Shown piece after piece: positions 63,618 through 64,000 of a stretch of 64,000 nt of DNA. The notes under the pieces were generated by a model that was not told the origin of the DNA, made no database searches, and worked only from the letters and a program-made list of their open reading frames with translations. Numbering within the stretch: the stretch's first letter is position 1; each line of letters opens with the position of its first letter. This DNA is from Dehalococcoidia bacterium. Its GTDB lineage: Bacteria > Chloroflexota > Dehalococcoidia > Lucifugimonadales > UBA3495. The stretch covers positions 422,748 to 486,747 of the forward strand of contig OY843611.1 in NCBI GenBank assembly GCA_963692995.1. The letters run 5' to 3'. The position numbers and the translations under genes are program-made.

Positions 63618-64000
63618 CTATCGCTCACCAACCCCCAGATTGCGTTCAATGCGATCGCTGACCCAGGACATGCCGTAGGTGAAAATCCAGAAGACCACGG
63701 CAACGAAAATGAAGAGTTCCCGAGCGTGGTCCAGGTATTCGGTGTTGCCCTGGATGAACACCTTGCCGATGTTCACCAAGTCTTGCATGGCGATGATATA
63801 GACCAGGCTGGTGTCTTTGAAGAGGGCGATGAACTGGCCCACGATGGCGGGAATGACGTTGCGAATGGCCTGGGGGAGAGAGATGAGCAGGGTGGTTTGC
63901 CAACCGGGCAGCCCCAAGGCCCGGGCCGCCTCGGCCTGGCCGGGGTGGAGCGCCTGCAAGCCGCCCCGGATGTTCTCCGCCATGTATGCGGCGCTGAAAA
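63618..64000 (-). CDS. amino acid ABC transporter permease (5' end beyond window)
   Basis: Frame remains open to the window end (...FSAAYMAENIRGGLQALHPGQAEAARALGL...), the HisM/GlnP EAA-loop region. Confidence 0.88.
   Translation of the reverse strand, partial: FSAAYMAENIRGGLQALHPGQAEAARALGLPGWQTTLLISLPQAIRNVIPAIVGQFIALFKDTSLVYIIAMQDLVNIGKVFIQGNTEYLDHARELFIFVAVVFWIFTYGMSWVSDRIERNLGVGER

Overview
High-GC (by eye roughly 60-65%, not computed), gene-dense chromosomal segment, about 70 supportable genes. The content is paralog-rich catabolic metabolism: 4 SDR oxidoreductases, 3 VOC/glyoxalase proteins, 2 LLM flavin/F420 oxidoreductases (one frameshifted), an NADPH:F420 reductase, a PPOX-class protein, 2 amidases, a thiolase/DUF35 pair and a gamma-glutamyltransferase. 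It also carries a split glycine-cleavage cluster (gcvPB, gcvPA, gcvT, gcvH), rph, tRNA-Pro(GGG), a peptide-type ABC importer and an amino-acid ABC importer. The F420 genes plus the paralog expansion suggest a Chloroflexota (SAR202-like) or actinobacterial host, but this is inference only. No rRNA, CRISPR array, transposase or integrase was seen. Most unusual features: (1) a five-copy head-to-tail amplification of a Uma2/DUF820 nuclease gene (29.36-34.05 kb). It is bracketed by two SDR paralogs and has a chimeric SDR scar at every junction. Every copy carries a different number (0, 1, 2, 4, 5) of an in-frame 21-bp heptad repeat. (2) A small AT-richer island encoding an ABC-type ATPase plus a TOPRIM/DUF4276-like protein (47.4-49.2 kb), a PARIS/AbiL/OLD-like candidate defence pair. 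(3) A compact type II R-M island (16.8-18.0 kb), an orphan SPPY methyltransferase inside the gcv neighbourhood and a lone DUF1998 helicase on low-GC DNA. (4) A pentapeptide-repeat protein with a TIR-like C-terminus. (5) A family of hairpin/MITE-like intergenic repeats at 9 or more loci. All functional calls rest on motif recognition by eye; no database search was run.
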